From: Cyanophora paradoxa CCMP329
Lineage: Eukaryota; Plantae; Glaucophyta
DNA: 64,000 bases
Reading direction: 5' to 3'
Assembly: GCA_004431415.1 (NCBI GenBank)
Contig: QPMI01000395.1
Span: 434,001 to 498,000 of the forward strand
A program made the position numbers and the translations under genes. Under the pieces are notes generated by a model. The model saw nothing but the letters and a program-made list of their open reading frames with translations, did not search any database and was not told the DNA's origin. Positions 1 to 15,000 of the stretch are shown piece after piece. Each line of letters opens with the position of its first letter. The first letter of the stretch is position 1.

Positions 1-49
1 GTCAGAAGTGGGCAATTGTTTGCTGCACTCAAAGCCCGAAGGCACGCAC

Positions 50-3000
50 TAGGATACGAGGTCGAGAACGACGAACTTGCTGTCCATGCGGTGGAGATAC
101 GAGAAAATGTTGACCATGAACGAGTACACCGACGGCGACGGGACGCAGAACTGAGGAAATGAAACGTCATCGAAATGAACGAGGGCTAGCCCTGCGCGGC
201 TGCTGCAGGGCGCACCGGCTCTCCGACGGCCTGGCCGATGGAGATACCCTTCGAGTTCCTGATCACACACGTCTGGTTGATGTTGAGGTCTGTGCTGTTG
301 AGGCAGAGACCTGCGAAGACACGAGCTTGAGCAAGTACAAGCGCACAAGATCGAGCGCTCGGGGCGCATGAAATGAAACGGACCGCAGAAGTCGGGCACG
401 AGGCCAGCCGTGCACTCGCTGACGGCGAGGGTAAAGTTGATGGCTTGGGACTCGCGGAACGGGTCGTTGCTCGACAGATTCAGATGCAGTTCCTGGTACT
501 CAGATGCGCGCCGACTGCTCATCGAAACCGCGTAGGTCGCCGTCTGTCCCGGCGCGACCGTTTGCGTCGTCGTCGCGCCCACGCCGGCGATGACGAGCCA
601 CGAGGCCCCGTTGTAGGGGTTCTGGCTGGCGGCCGAAAGGCTCCAAGTCAGGTCCCGGTTGCCCTGGTTGGACACCGACAGGACGGTGCTGAAGGACTCC
701 CCTCGGACAAGGCTCGCGCTGAAGCCGGTGCGCGTCATGGCGAAGACTGGCGTCCGCACGGTGAGTCTGGGCGCTAGCGTGTAGTTGCCACGGAAGCTGT
801 TGCCGTAGACGACCAGCCCCGCAACGTTCACTCCGACCTTTTCCGGGGCGCCGTTGGCGGAGAACATGAACTCCACCAAGACGGATCCGTTTGCGGTGGG
901 TGGCAGCGTGCAGCCATGGGTGGTGCAGGCGCCGGTCGAGCCCTGAATCGCGTAGGCCATCCAGGGCGGCCGAGTCGCCGTGTCGAAGGCGAACGTCAGC
1001 TCACCGTCTCCGGTGTTCGAGAATGCGACGGCTTGGCTGTCGACGCCGTCTGGGTAGGGCAGGGCGAGCGTCTGGAGGCGTGGCACGTCCTGCACGGAAA
1101 GGATGCCGCGCTGCACGGTGAAGGTGTAGGTGACCGACAGAGTCACGGGAGTCACGGAGCCGGCAGAGGCGTAAGCGTTCGTCGAAATCTGCACAACGGT
1201 GGAAACGCTGCTGACGCTGCCCGTGTGGATGCTCTGGAGCTCGACGTGGACGCTGTCGGAGGCGCCGGCTGGGACCGAATCGTTGGCCGTCCTGCTCAGC
1301 GAGAGCCACGGCGGGAGGGCGGACGAGAGGCGCCAGGAGAGGACGCCGTCGCCGGCCTCGTTCGAGATCGTGAGCGTGGTTGAATTTGCCGCCGGCCAGA
1401 GCGTGACGAACGACGCCGAGCTGCCTGCCGGCTGCGCAATGGCAGCCGCCGCGCGGAGCACCGTGACGGTGAGGGCGACGCTCGTGTTCACGACGGGACG
1501 CCGGACGAATGTGACCGTCGCATTGCGATTCGTCAAGCCGAACGGCAGCTTTGAGCTTTCCGCCGCGACGAGGAGCGTAACATTTGCATTTACGGCAATC
1601 GCTGGGAAGTCGAGAGCACCGACGCCCACAAAGCCCGTCGGAAGGATGAGGCGGCCGTCGGAAGTGCTGGCGTCACCCACGTTCCTGATCGTGACCTCCA
1701 TGGGCACCGACGTGGCAGGGTACTGGACGGAGCCAAACTGGATCGGCGAGGCGACGGAGGCAACGGGCGTGTAGAAGCGAACGGAGACGTTCACAGAGAA
1801 GGACGTAGAGTCTCCGAGGGTAGCCCTCAGGCTGTTGCCACCTCCGATGGTCGCCACAGGCGGTCCGTCAGAGGTCTGATTGGACTGCAGAGCCGTGACC
1901 CGCACGAGCCGTGTCCCCTGCGGAGCGATCTCCAGAGATGTAATTACAGTACCCGTGACCGGGTCATTCAGGCGGATCCAGGACGGCATCGTAGGCGTCC
2001 ACGTGAGGTTTGCCAGGATCGGGTTAGCGATGAGGAGGGTCCCGGTCGCGTCGTCGGGGCGGACCGCCTCGATGTGGAGCGTCGTGTTGGGCTCGCGCTG
2101 CTCCAGGCGCACCACGTCCATCGTGAGGTTCACGGGCAGGCGCAGCGCGACGGCGCCGTCCACAACGAAGTCGACGTCCGTGTTGTTCTGCGCCATGTTT
2201 TTGTCCTTGAAAGTCAGAGTGATCGTCGTGTTGGCGTTGCCGGCGAGGACGAATTGCGAGGGCGACACGGCGAGCCAGGCGGTGGCCGAATTCACGACCG
2301 ATACGGTTTGCGGGAGCGGGTGCGGGTTGACGAGCTGGACCGAATCCGTCGGGTCCGTGATTGTGTTGAGCGTCCGGACACTGACGGACGACAGCGAGGG
2401 CCGAAGCTGCGGCACGTATGCCCGAGACACGACCTTCTGCAGTACATTGACTTGCGCGCGGGTGCCTGACCCGGACTCGCCAATGGCGGCGACTAGCGGC
2501 CACGTTTCATCCGACAGGGGCATCAAGGAGCCGACCGCCGTCACCGAGACGGTTACGTGCGTAAGGCGGTTCACGTTCGCGCTGGTCACGTTGCAGAGAA
2601 GCCAGGGGAGGCGGGTGAGGTCGAGCGTGAAGGCCAGGTCGGCGAACGAGAAGTCGTTGTGCAGGCGCAGCACGCGCGTCGTGTTGATCGGCGACAGCTG
2701 GCGGAGCTCGAGGTCCGATATGGCCGCGCCAGTGGCGACGTCCACCGCGCGCAGTGTTGCGTCGAAGACCGAGATGGAGACCTCGACTGTCAAGAGGAGG
2801 CCCTCCGCGTCCACTGCCAACAAAGTCAGAGCTGCCAATCAAAAGCATGACACATTCGAAAGAGTCACCTGTGATGGTCGCGGTATCCGTGTAGAAGGCA
2901 GAGGGATTCATCTGCCCAGACTTGATGTTGATCGCAAGGCTCACATTGCCTTTAGCCGGGATAACGGGCGCGGCGAGGACGGCCTCCAGCCAAGGCTTCC

Positions 3001-6000
3001 CGCTCTCCACAGAAACAGCAACTGCCGTGTCGGCAACGTTGTCACTCAAGTCCCTCACGTAAAGCATGCGGGTGATGTTCTCCGGGCGAATGATGTACGG
3101 CTCTTGCAGCACACGCGTCGAGAAACCGTCCCCCTTGAGGATGGTGATGATGGCTTCCTTCACGTTGACGTCGACTTGAACGGTGATGTTCGGGCTCCCG
3201 CGAAGGACCAGCCTCGCACGGGAGCTCGCGAGGCCGCCGTGCGACGTGTCGAGATTGACCGTGATGTTGAGCCGGACCAGGCCGAACGCGGGCAGCCGGC
3301 CAGAGGTGGGGCTCAGCGAGAGCCACGACGGAATTGACTGCAACGCGAAAGAGAACGGCGTGTCGAAGTCCATCTTGTTTTCGAGCACTATCTCGCGCGT
3401 GCGATTCTCTTGACTGGCTGTGCGCTGCAGCGGGCAGTCAGCAACCGAGCACGAAGATCGCGGGCTCATGATAAAACCCAATCGGCCGACTAACCTTGAT
3501 GTCCTCGTACTTAATCTCGCCTGGCGAGACCTGCACGTCCGGCGAGATGATTTTGAATGAGAGGTGGAGAGACAGAGGAAGTCCTCCTTGCGTGCCCTGC
3601 AAATGAACAAACATCAGGGCACGCACTATCCAATAAATGGCACATCTTTATGGCAACAACGCACGTTAAGGATGATCTCTGTGATGTTACGGAAGAACGA
3701 CGGATCTTCCGTGTATAGTGTAACGGTGATCGCCTGGCTCGCGCCCGGCTCGAGTCGCCCGGCCAAAGGCACCACGGAGAGGTACGTCGGGAGCGCGTCA
3801 AAGCGGAAGTCGAAGGCAGTCCAGAGGCCGTTGCGGAAGACGGTTCCGTTCGAGCCGGTGCGCGGCTCGATCGCAGTGATCGTGAGCGCGCTCGGGTCGC
3901 CGGCGTGGTAGACGTTCGGAGAGCCCACGCGCACGGTGACGTTGAAGGAGGACGGCACCCCCTTGCGCTCGCCGATGCCGAAGACGCTGTACGCGACGAC
4001 GAAGGTCTGCAGCTCGGGCGCTGCGGCAGGCACGTCCGCGCTCGCGAGAGCGACCCTGATGGAGGCCGTCGACAACACATCGGCCAACGAGAACGAGAGC
4101 GGCGCGATCGTAATGAAGGGCGGCAGGCTCGAGGCGTTGATGGCGACGGTCACGCCGACGAGCGCCGTGGCAGGCAGCGACGCTGCAATGCTCGCGGAGA
4201 CGTTGTCCGGGCGGAGGGCCGAGAGCGAGATCGAGGTCTCGCTGAGGACCACCTGCGGCCTGCGGACGCGTGCCGTGATGGTGATCCTGTTCGCGAGCCA
4301 CGGGCGGCCCTGCGCACAAATTATGAATCAGGTTTTGTTTTCCGGGGACCGAACAGTTATCGAGGAGCGCACGGCAATCTCTCCAACGAGCGTGACCGAG
4401 TCCGACTCGGCGGTCATGAGCGTCGAGTCTACATCGAACCGCAACGCGATCGAAGAGTTGGCCGGGATCGTGAAGTTCTGAGCCAGCGAGCCGTCCGGAA
4501 GGGCGATGGCGAGGTACGGCGGAATGAGCGTCGTGTTGAGCCGGATCTCGATGTCCAGAGGCTGGTTGTTGGTGACCGTCGTCGTGCCGTTGGCGCGGTT
4601 CGGGAACGTGGCGACGATGGCCACGGTCGCCTGGCTGACGGAGACGCGATCGAGGGCGTACACCGCGCGGAACGGAAGCTGGTACGGGAGCGACGCCTGC
4701 ACATCGGCGCCGCGCACGCCGTACGAGATAGCGCCCGAGTTGACTTGTGTGACCGCCCGATCCGTGTCGAAGGCCCAGAACAGCGTCTCAGACGCGTTGG
4801 CGGCAATGGCGAGAGTCAGTTGCGAAGGCGTCAGCCAGAGGCCGAATGTCGGGTGCGTAGGCAGAGTCAGGCCGTCGATTTGGAACACGATGGGATAACT
4901 AAAACAAACAGTCAATAAGCAACCGCGCACGCAGAAGATGAAATGACACGCACTCGTTCGGGTTGGTGATCGTAATGGTGTGGTTGATGATGCCCGGGCC
5001 GAAGCCACGGACGTCTAGCCCCGCCGACGGAGCGAAGTCCACGCGCGGAACGCGCACATCCACAGCGACGGGCACGCCAAGCGTGGGCAGGGCAGCGGCC
5101 GGCACCGACAGGGGCGCCACCGTCGCGTTCAAGACCGTTTCGTTGCGCGAAACGACCCGCGCGAGAGCGTTGTTCAACGCCGTCAGCGTAACGGTGAAGT
5201 TGGCGCCAGGCAGCAGGGTGAATTCGGCGGGGGACGCGAGGAGCCAAGAAGGCAGCGACGCCGTCGCGAGGCGGACGGCCTGCTCGGCGCCCTCGAAGCT
5301 GTACGGGTTGCCGTACACGATGGAAAGCTGGGCATCATTCGGCTGAGAGAGCACCAGCAGGGCCGCGGTTGGCTCCACGACGGCCGGCACCCTAGTCTCC
5401 AGGCTCAGACTGAAGGACACGTTCGCGAAATTGCTGCGCTCAAGCAGACCAACGACCGACTGCGCGAGGCTGCCATTGTACTCGAGCGGGAAGCTGCCGG
5501 ACGAGAAAGTGACGTTGACAGTGTAGTTCGCAAGAGGCGAGACGGTAGCCGTCGGCGGGTCGAGCGAGACCCAAGCGGGCAGGCAGCAGCGGAAGTCGAA
5601 TTCGATGGGCGCCCACGCGATCGGGTTGGAGAACTCCAGACGGGAAGAGCGAGCCGCCGGGAGGATGGCAGTGATTTGGACCGCGTTCAGGACTGTCAGC
5701 GTCGGAGTGCGCGTCTCGGCCGTCAGGTTGACCGAGACGAGCGCGGTGCCGCCCTCAATCGAGAGCGCGAGCGTGAAGTTATCGTAGTCCTCCGCCAATC
5801 CCATGGTGACCAGCGTCAGCGTCAAATTCAGAGTCCCCAGCGGAGGCACGCTGCCCGCCGCCGGTTCCACAGCGAACCAGGCCGGAAGGCCCTGCGCCGG
5901 GGCAACCACTTCGAACGCCACCGGCACGAAGTCGATCTGGAAAGGGAACCGTCAAGAAAAAGCAGGTGGGTGCAGGCAGAGGATCGAGAAACCACGCACG

Positions 6001-9000
6001 GGGTTCGAGAGCAGCAGCTCGTACGTGTAGTTGAGGGGCCGCAGGCCGCGGAGGGCGAGAGCGCCCGGGGACGGGACGACGGTCGGGTCCGCGACCATCA
6101 GGTCGTAGTGGAACGAGCCCTGCCGCGGGAGAGTCAGAGTCAGGGCACGTGGGAGCTCTGAGCGTGAATTTCAAGTGGAAGAAGCGGCGCACGGGGTACG
6201 CGAAGTCGCCGGGCTCAAGCCCGCGAGAGACGGCGTACGTGACCTCAAAGCTGGCGAGGCCACTCCTCGGCAGCAGCGTCGTGTTGAGCTCGATTGCGAG
6301 CTCGACCGTGCTATTGGCGGGCACGACAAAGACTGCCGGATAGACGACCGCGACCTCAGCAGAAGCCACCGACCCGTTGAGCAGAATGGACGAGAAGGCG
6401 ACAACAATCGGCTCCGGGAACGGGTTGGAGGCGTTGATGGACACGTTGAAGCGCTTGTTGTACAGCGCGGAGGAGAAGCGGTCCGCGATGCGGACGCGTG
6501 GCGTCTGGACATCGACGGTCACGTTGACGGAAGACGGATAGAAAGCGGCCAAGCTGGCGTCCGAGACCGCATAGAGAGCGGGGAAGGTCCGATGCCCATC
6601 CGCCGTCACGTTCTCCGCGAGGAGACGAGCTGAAACGTTCATGCGTTCACCGGGGCCCAGCATGCCGTCCGCGGGAAGGGCGACGAGCGGCCACGACGAA
6701 TCGTTCAGGAAAGCAAACTGCAAGGGCGACACCAACATGAGAAGCAAGCAGAACCGGATGCATGCAGACGGTTGGGGCGCACCGTCACGTTCGAGAACGA
6801 AACCGGGTTGAAGATCTCAAACGAGAAGGTGAGCGCGCTCGAGCGCAGGCGCGTTCCCAGCTCCACGGGCGACGGTGCGAAGCCCAAGGCCGGGTCGAGG
6901 GCGGAGACGTTGACCGAGAAAGCGAAGACGGTCTCGTTGAACCCGTCGCGGCGGCGGATGCCGGCGACCTGCACGAAATCCTGCGCCGGTGCCGAAGCCG
7001 AGAGGAATTCCACCGTGAAAGACGACGTGGACATCACGGGGAGGACGCCGGCCGCCGGCGTAACCGCGATCCACGACGCGTTCAGGACCTGCAGCTCGAA
7101 CGGCACGTCCAGGTCAAACGTGTTGTTCACCTCCACGCGCTGCGAGCTGGCGACCGGCCGGAGGTGCGAGAAAGCGAGCGCGGACGGGACGGCGTCGAAA
7201 AGCGCGCGGTACACGCGGACTGCGACCTTGAAGAGGTCGGACTTGACCTCGTAGACGCCCTCGCGGCCGTACACGCGAAGCGAGCACGCGACGGAGAAGG
7301 ATGACGCGTAGCCGTACGGCAGGACCCCCGAGTCGAGGGTGAGCCGGAATGTGCCCACGCTTCCAGGGGCCAGCCGCGAGGCGTTGGCCGGGGAGGCCTC
7401 CAGGAACGCCGATCCATTCAACGCCGCGTCCGCCACAAACGGCCAGGCCGACGCGAAAACGCCGACGTCGATCGCGTATTCCATGACATTTGTAACGTTG
7501 ACGTAGTGGTCGACGCGGTCTGGCTTGTACGCCACAATCGCAAATACAGAAGGGCTTCCGACAACGTCTGTCGGCTTCAGCACTTGGACAGATACGGACG
7601 TGGCAGCCACGACGACGCCTGCTGCCCGAAGAGTGATTCGAGCGATACCTCTGCTGCGTAGAGCGACGAACTGAACGGAAGCGGAGCTGACAAGAACACC
7701 AGAGGTCGCCAAAATGACTCCACGGGTGGATTCGATGGAGAAGGCATCAAAGAAGACGGGCGCTCCATTCTTCGCGAACGTAAAGTTGCATCGGGTCGAC
7801 TCGCCTGCCCAAACGGCAAGGTCGTCACACACGATCGATGAGGTGCGATCAGGCACAGCTGCGGTGATAAAAAACGATTAGCAGAGGGTAGCGAGAGAAA
7901 TCCCACGGCTGGGCGAAAACTGACAGAGAATATCAATGCGCGAAGAAGCGACCATAATGCTGAAGTTGAATGCCCTAACAACGCGAATGTCGACACCGGT
8001 CGAATTAGTTCCGTTCGAAGAGCCAGCCCACACGCTGAACACGAAAGCGGACGAGGAAGAGCTTCCCAACGAAACTGTACGGGTGCCATTGCTTGCAAGT
8101 ACCACCACGAGCTCCGATGGATTGACAATTACAGCGACACCGCACGAACGAAGCTCCAGTGTGCAGTTGAGCAACGTGTTCGGCCGCACGACCGTCTTCT
8201 CGCACAGCAGCGTCGACGTGCTGTCCGGCACCGCATCTGCGCGCAGCAAAGGCGTCGGAAACGTGCATGCCCAAATCACATAACTGGACGTCGCTGCTTA
8301 TGATCAGGCGCACCTCTGGGCTTGGGCGCGGCGCCCGTCGCCGGCCAGGACGGCGGCGACGGCCAGTTTGGCTTCGGGAAGAGCGTTCCCAGCTCGAACA
8401 CGAACGCCGACACCGCCACCAGCACCTCTTCACGGCCTTCCACCACCAGCCGCAGCGTCGCCGAGCTCGCCCCCAGCGCCGCCCGCCGCGAGTCCAGCGT
8501 CACTGCCAGCTCCACGCTCTCGTTCGGGCCCACCGAGCCCCGCCGCGGCCACACCTGCACGTGCGCCGGTACGCTCGCCTCGTCCACCTCGAACGAAACC
8601 GCCGTGAACTCAGCTGGGTTCCGCAGCCGCAGCCGCTGCATGGATGAACGCGGCCGCGGCGCGCTGAACTTCAGCTCCGCTGCGCTCGCCTCCAGCCGCG
8701 CGGGCACCACCGTCACGTTCACCCCCGACGACCGCGCCGGGAACCGCAGCTCGCCAGGCACCCGCGACGACGACGCCTCCCCGTCCACCGCCACCAGCCG
8801 CGTCCCGTCCAGCACGCCGACGCCCGCGCCCCGCACCAGCGCCGTCGCCGCCGCCTGCCCGCGCGCCGGCACCACCACCGTGGACGGCCACACCGACACC
8901 GCCGGCTCGCTCCGTGCAAAGATCGCCACCACCGGCGACCCCAGCGGGTTCGTCAGCCGCATCTCCACTTGCGACACCTGCGTCGACAGCACCGAGACGG

Positions 9001-12000
9001 CGCCCAACAGCAGCTCCACGCTCAGCTGCGGCGTCTGCAGGTCCACCGACAGGTTGAACGCCATCGGGTACTTCCGCAGGCCCCAGCCCCAGCCCCAGTC
9101 CGCATCCGCCAGATCCAACATCACCGGCACCGCCTGCGGGCCGTCCAGCACCACGCTCGCCGACGGCACCTCCGCCTCCACGGGAAGCGCCGCCCCAGCC
9201 TCGACGCGGTCCGACGCCGGCCACAGCCGCCCCGTCGAGTTCGCCGACACCGCGTACGCCACCGCCGCGAACGAGTACGGGTTCCGGAGCACCACGGGCT
9301 TGCTCATCCGCCTCGCTCGCAGCAGCACGCCGAAGTCCGTGTTCTGCGCCTCCAGGCGCGGCGTACGCGCCTCCGACGCCAGCGGCACCGCAAAGACCGC
9401 GAGCTCTGTCCCGTTCGCCAGCCGGCGCCTGCCCGTGATCGTTTCGCTGACCAGGTCATCTGCTTGATACTCGCTGAGCACCGTCACCTCCAGATAGGCG
9501 GAGCCGTTGGCCGCAAGATACACAGTCGACGGCTGCACCGACACGAACGGCACCGTTGCGCCCACCGACATGACCATGCTCACGGGCTTCGCGTTGATGA
9601 CCCGCATCCACATCGGACGCGCGACTGGCCGCAGCTGTGTCACGTTCAGGCTCGCAGGCTCCGTCTCGAACCGCGCCTCGAACGACTCCGCAGTCACCGA
9701 GAAGAGCGTCACGGCCAGCGCCCCCGTCGCCCGCGGCGCCTTGATCACGCCACGCACGGGGATCGCGCCGAGCGGCGTGAGCAGCCCCGGCGCCGCCCGC
9801 CACGATACGAAGGTTGCATTGATGTGCACAGATTGCTGCGACCCCAGTGTCCCGTTGCTCGGCGACACCGACAGCCATGACGAGAGCGGCTCCACGGAGC
9901 GGTCCGCCGACCAGTCGATCGCGAAGTCCGTCGGGTTGCTGCGCGACCCTCCGTCAGCGCCCCGAATCCCCGACGACAGCCAACAGCCCACCGCACCTCA
10001 CGTTGAGGAGCACCGTCTGCGTGTCGAGGTGGAAGACCTGGAAGCCCACTTGCCGAGGCGAGACCACGATGTCGTTGACAGTGAGCACCTCCACGCGGAT
10101 AGTGGTTCTCGCCACCACCTTCCCGTTCGCGAGAGCAACAATGACAGCGTTTCCGCGCGACCGTCCAGCGAGGAACACGAAGGACGTAGAGCTGAAGATC
10201 GACGGCAGCTCCCCCGACACCTCGCCATTTCTCACGGCCAGCGACACGCCATCCCAGGCCACCGCCGCCCCGGCCCGCCGCAGCTGGAGCGTGCACGTCG
10301 TCGTCTCGCTGCCCCACAGGCCCGTCGAGCTGCAGTGCAGGCTCGAGCTCTGGTCCGGCATCCCTGCGCCCCGCGTCCCGCATCAGCTCCTGAGCTGCCG
10401 CCCGCCGCCCCGCAAAACGCACCCAGCATCTCGAGGGCGAACGAAGCCAGACGTCCCGCCGTCAAGTTGAAGCCAACGCGCTCCGCGACGACCGTTGCAT
10501 TGGCCGTCGCGTTCGTCGCGTTCGCGGCCCCGCCGATGGGCACGCTCAGGAAGAACTCGTGGGAGGCCAGCGGCCCGAGCCACACGCTGTTGCCGGTCGC
10601 ATTGCGCCCCGAGATCACCGCCACCCGCAGCGACGACGGGTCCGCCTGCACGGGCACCCCGCAGGACCGCAGCGCCAGCGTGCAGTTGAGCAACGTGTTC
10701 GGCCGCACGACCGTCTTCTCGCACAGCAGCGTCGACGTGCTGTCCGGCACCGCATCTGCGCGCAGCAAAGGCGTCGGAAACGTGCATGCCCAAATCACAT
10801 AACTGGACGTCGCTGCTCATGATCAGGCGCACCTCTGGGCTTAGGCGCGGCGCCCGTCGCCGGCCAGGACGGCGGCGACGGCCAGTTTGGCTTCGGGAAG
10901 AGCGTTCCCAGCTCGAACACGAACGCCGACACCGCCACCAGCACCTCTTCACGGCCTTCCACCACCAGCCGCAGCGTCGCCGAGCTCGCCCCCAGCGCCG
11001 CCCGCCGCGAGTCCAGCGTCACTGCCAGCTCCACGCTCCCGTTCGGGCCCACCGAGCCCCGCCGCGGCCACACCTCCACGTGCGCCGGTATGCTCGCCTC
11101 GTCCACCTCGAACGAAACCGCCGTGAACTCAGCTGGGTTCCGCAGCCGCAGTCGCTGCATGGATGAACGCGGCCGCGGCGCGCTGAACTTCAGCTCCGCC
11201 GCGCTCGCCTCCAGCCGCGCGGGCACCACCGTCACGTTCACCCCCGACGACCGCGCCGGGAACCGCAGCTCGCCAGGCACCCGCGACGACGACGCCTCCC
11301 CGTCCACCGCCACCAGCCGCGTCCCGTCCAGCACGCCGACGCCCGCGCCCCGCACCAGCGCCGTCGCCGCCGCCTGCCCGCGCGCCGGCACCACCACCGT
11401 GGACGGCCACACCGACACCGCCGGCTCGCTCCGCGCGAAGATCGCCACCACCGGCGACCCCAGCGGGTTCGTCAGCCGCATCTCCACTTGCGACACCTGC
11501 GTCGACAGCACCGAGACGGCGCCCGACAGCAGCTCCACGCCCAGCTGCGGCGTCTGCAGGTCCACCGACAGGTTGAACGCCATCGGGTACTTCCGCAGGC
11601 CCCAGCCCCAGCCCCAGTCCGCATCCGCCAGATCCAACATCACCGGCACCGCCTGCGGGCCGTCCAGCACCACGCTCGCCGACGGCACCTCCGCCTCCAC
11701 GGGAAGCGCCGCCCCAGCCTCGACGCGGTCCGACGCCGGCCACAGCCGCCCCGTCGAGTTCGCCGACACCGCGTACGCCACCGCCGCGAACGAGTACGGG
11801 TTCCGGAGCACCACGGGCTTGCTCATCCGCCTCGCTCGCAGCAGCACGCCGAAGTCCGTGTTCTGCGCCTCCAGGCGCGGCGTACGCGCCTCCGACGCCA
11901 GCGGCACCGCAAAGACCGCGAGCTCTGTCCCGTTCGCCAGCCGGCGCCTGCCCGTGATCGTTTCGCTGACCAGGTCATCTGCTTGATACTCGCTGAGCAC

Positions 12001-15000
12001 CGTCACCTCCAGATAGGCGGAGCCGTTGGCCGCAAGATACACAGTCGACGGCTGCACCGACACGAACGGCACCGATGCGCCCACCGACATGACCATGCTC
12101 ACGGGCTTCGCGTTGATGACCCGCATCCACATCGGACGCGCGACTGGCCGCAGCTGTGTCACGTTCAGGCTCGCAGGCTCCGTCTCGAACCGCGCCTCGA
12201 ACGACTCCGCAGTCACCGAGAAGAGCGTCACGGCCAGCGCCCCCGTCGCCCGCGGCGCCTTGATCACGCCCCGCACGGGGATCGCGCCGAGCGGCGTGAG
12301 CAGCCCCGGCGCCGCCCGCCACGATACGAAGGTTGCATTGATGTGCACAGACTGCCGCGACCCCAGTGTCCCGTTGCTCGGCGACACCGACAGCCATGAC
12401 GAGAGCGGCTCCACGGAGCGGTCCGCCGACCAGTCGATCGCGAAGTCCGTCGGGTTGCTGCGCGACCCTCCATCAGCGCCCTGAATCCCCGACGACAGCC
12501 AACAGCCCACCGCACCTCACGTTGAGGAGCACCGTCTGCGTGTCGAGGTGGAAGACCTGGAAGCCCACTTGCCGAGGCGAGACCACGATGTCGTTGACAG
12601 TAAGGACCTCCACTCGGATAGTGGTTCTCGCCACCACCTTCCCGTTCGCGAGAGCAACAATGACAGCGTTTCCACGCGAGCCGCCGGCGCGGAACACGAA
12701 GGAAGTCGAGCTGAAGACCGGCGGAAGCTCCCCCGACACCTCGCCGTTCGTCACGGCCAGCGAAACGCCGTCCCATGCCACCGCCGCCCCGGCCCGCCGC
12801 AGCTGGAGCGTGCACGTCGTCGTCTCGCTGCCCCACAGGCCCGTCGAGCTGCAGTGCAGGCTCGAGCTCTGGTCCGGCATCCCTGCGCCCCGCGTCCCGC
12901 ATCAGCTCCTGAGCTGCCGCCCGCCGCCCCGCAAAACGCACCCAGCATCTCGAGGGCGAACGAAGCCAGACGTCCCGCCGTCAAGTTGAAGCCAACGCGC
13001 TCCGCGACGACCGTTGCATTGGCCGTCGCGTTCGTCGCGTTCGCGGCCCCGCCGATGGGCACGCTCAGGAAGAACTCGTGGGAGGCCAGCGGCCCGAGCC
13101 ACACGCTGTTGCCGGTCGCATTGCGCCCCGAGATCACCGCCACCCGCAGCGACGACGGGTCCGCCTGCACGGGCACCCCGCAGGACCGCAGCGCCAGCGT
13201 GCAGTTGAGCAACGTGTTCGGCCGCACGACCGTCTTCTCGCACAGCAGCGTCGACGTGCTGTCCGGCACCGCATCTGCGCGCAGCAAAGGCGTCGGAAAC
13301 GTGCATGCCCAAATCACATAACTGGACGTCGCTGCTCATGATCAGGCGCACCTCTGGGCTTAGGCGCGGCGCCCGTCGCCGGCCAGGACGGCGGCGACGG
13401 CCAGTTTGGCTTCGGGAAGAGCGTTCCCAGCTCGAACACGAACGCCGACACCGCCACCAGCACCTCTTCACGGCCTTCCACCACCAGCCGCAGCGTCGCC
13501 GAGCTCGCCCCCAGCGCCGCCCGCCGCGAGTCCAGCGTCACTGCCAGCTCCACGCTCCCGTTCGGGCCCACCGAGCCCCGCCGCGGCCACACCTGCACGT
13601 GCGCCGGTACGCTCGCCTCGTCCACCTCGAACGAAACCGCCGTGAACTCAGCTGGGTTCCGCAGCCGCAGCCGCTGCATGGATGAACGCGGCCGCGGCGC
13701 GCTGAACTTGAGCTCCGCTGCGCTCGCCTCCAGCCGCGCGGGCACCACCGTCACGTTCACCCCCGACGACCGCGCCGGGAACCGCAGCTCGCCAGGCACC
13801 CGCGACGACGACGCCTCCCCGTCCACCGCCACCAGCCGCGTCCCGTCCAGCACGCCGACGCCCGCGCCCCGCACCAGCGCCGTCGCCGCCGCCTGCCCGC
13901 GCGCCGGCACCACCACCGTGGACGGCCACACCGACACCGCCGGCTCGCTCCGCGCGAAGATCGCCACCACCGGCGACCCCAGCGGGTTCGTCAGCCGCAT
14001 CTCCACTTGCGACACCTGCGTCGACAGCACCGAGACGGCGCTAGACAGCAGTTCCACGCTCAGCTGCGGCGTCTGCAGGTCCACCGACAGGTTGAACGCC
14101 ATCGGGTACTTCCGCAGGCCCCAGCCCCAGCCCCAGTCCGCATCCGCCAGATCCAACATCACCGGCACCGCCTGCGGGCCGTCCAGCACCACGCTCGCCG
14201 ACGGCACCTCCGCCTCCACGGGAAGCGCCGCCCCAGCCTCGACGCGGTCCGACGCCGGCCACAGCCGCCCGTCGAGTTCGCCGACACCGCGTACGCCACC
14301 GCCGCGAACGAGTACGGGTTCCGGAGCACCACGGGCTTGCTCATCCGCCTCGCTCGCAGCAGCACGCCGAAGTCCGTGTTCTGCGCCTCCAGGCGCGGCG
14401 TACGCGCCTCCGACGCCAGCGGCACCGCAAAGACCGCGAGCTCTGTCCCGTTCGCCAGCCGGCGCCTGCCCGTGATCGTTTCGCTGACCAGGTCATCTGC
14501 TTGATACTCGCTGAGCACCGTCACCTCCAGATAGGCGGAGCCGTTGGCCGCAAGATACACAGTCGACGGCTGCACCGACACGAACGGCACCGTTGCGCCC
14601 ACCGACATGACCATGCTCACGGGCTTCGCGTTGATGACCCGCATCCACATCGGACGCGCGACTGGCCGCAGCTGTGTCACGTTCAGGCTCGCAGGCTCCG
14701 TCTCGAACCGCGCCTCGAACGACTCCGCAGTCACCGAGAAGAGCGTCACGGCCAGCGCCCCCGTCGCCCGCGGCGCCTTGATCACGCCCCGCACGGGGAT
14801 CGCGCCGAGCGGCGTGAGCAGCCCCGGCGCCGCCCGCCACGATACGAAGGTTGCATTGATGTGCACAGACTGCTGCGGCGCCAGCGTCCCGTTGCTCGGC
14901 GACACCGACAGCCACGACAAGAGCGGCTCCACGGAGCGGTCCGCCGACCAGTCGATCGCGAAGTCCGTCGGGTTGCTGCGCGACCCTCCATCAGCGCCCT

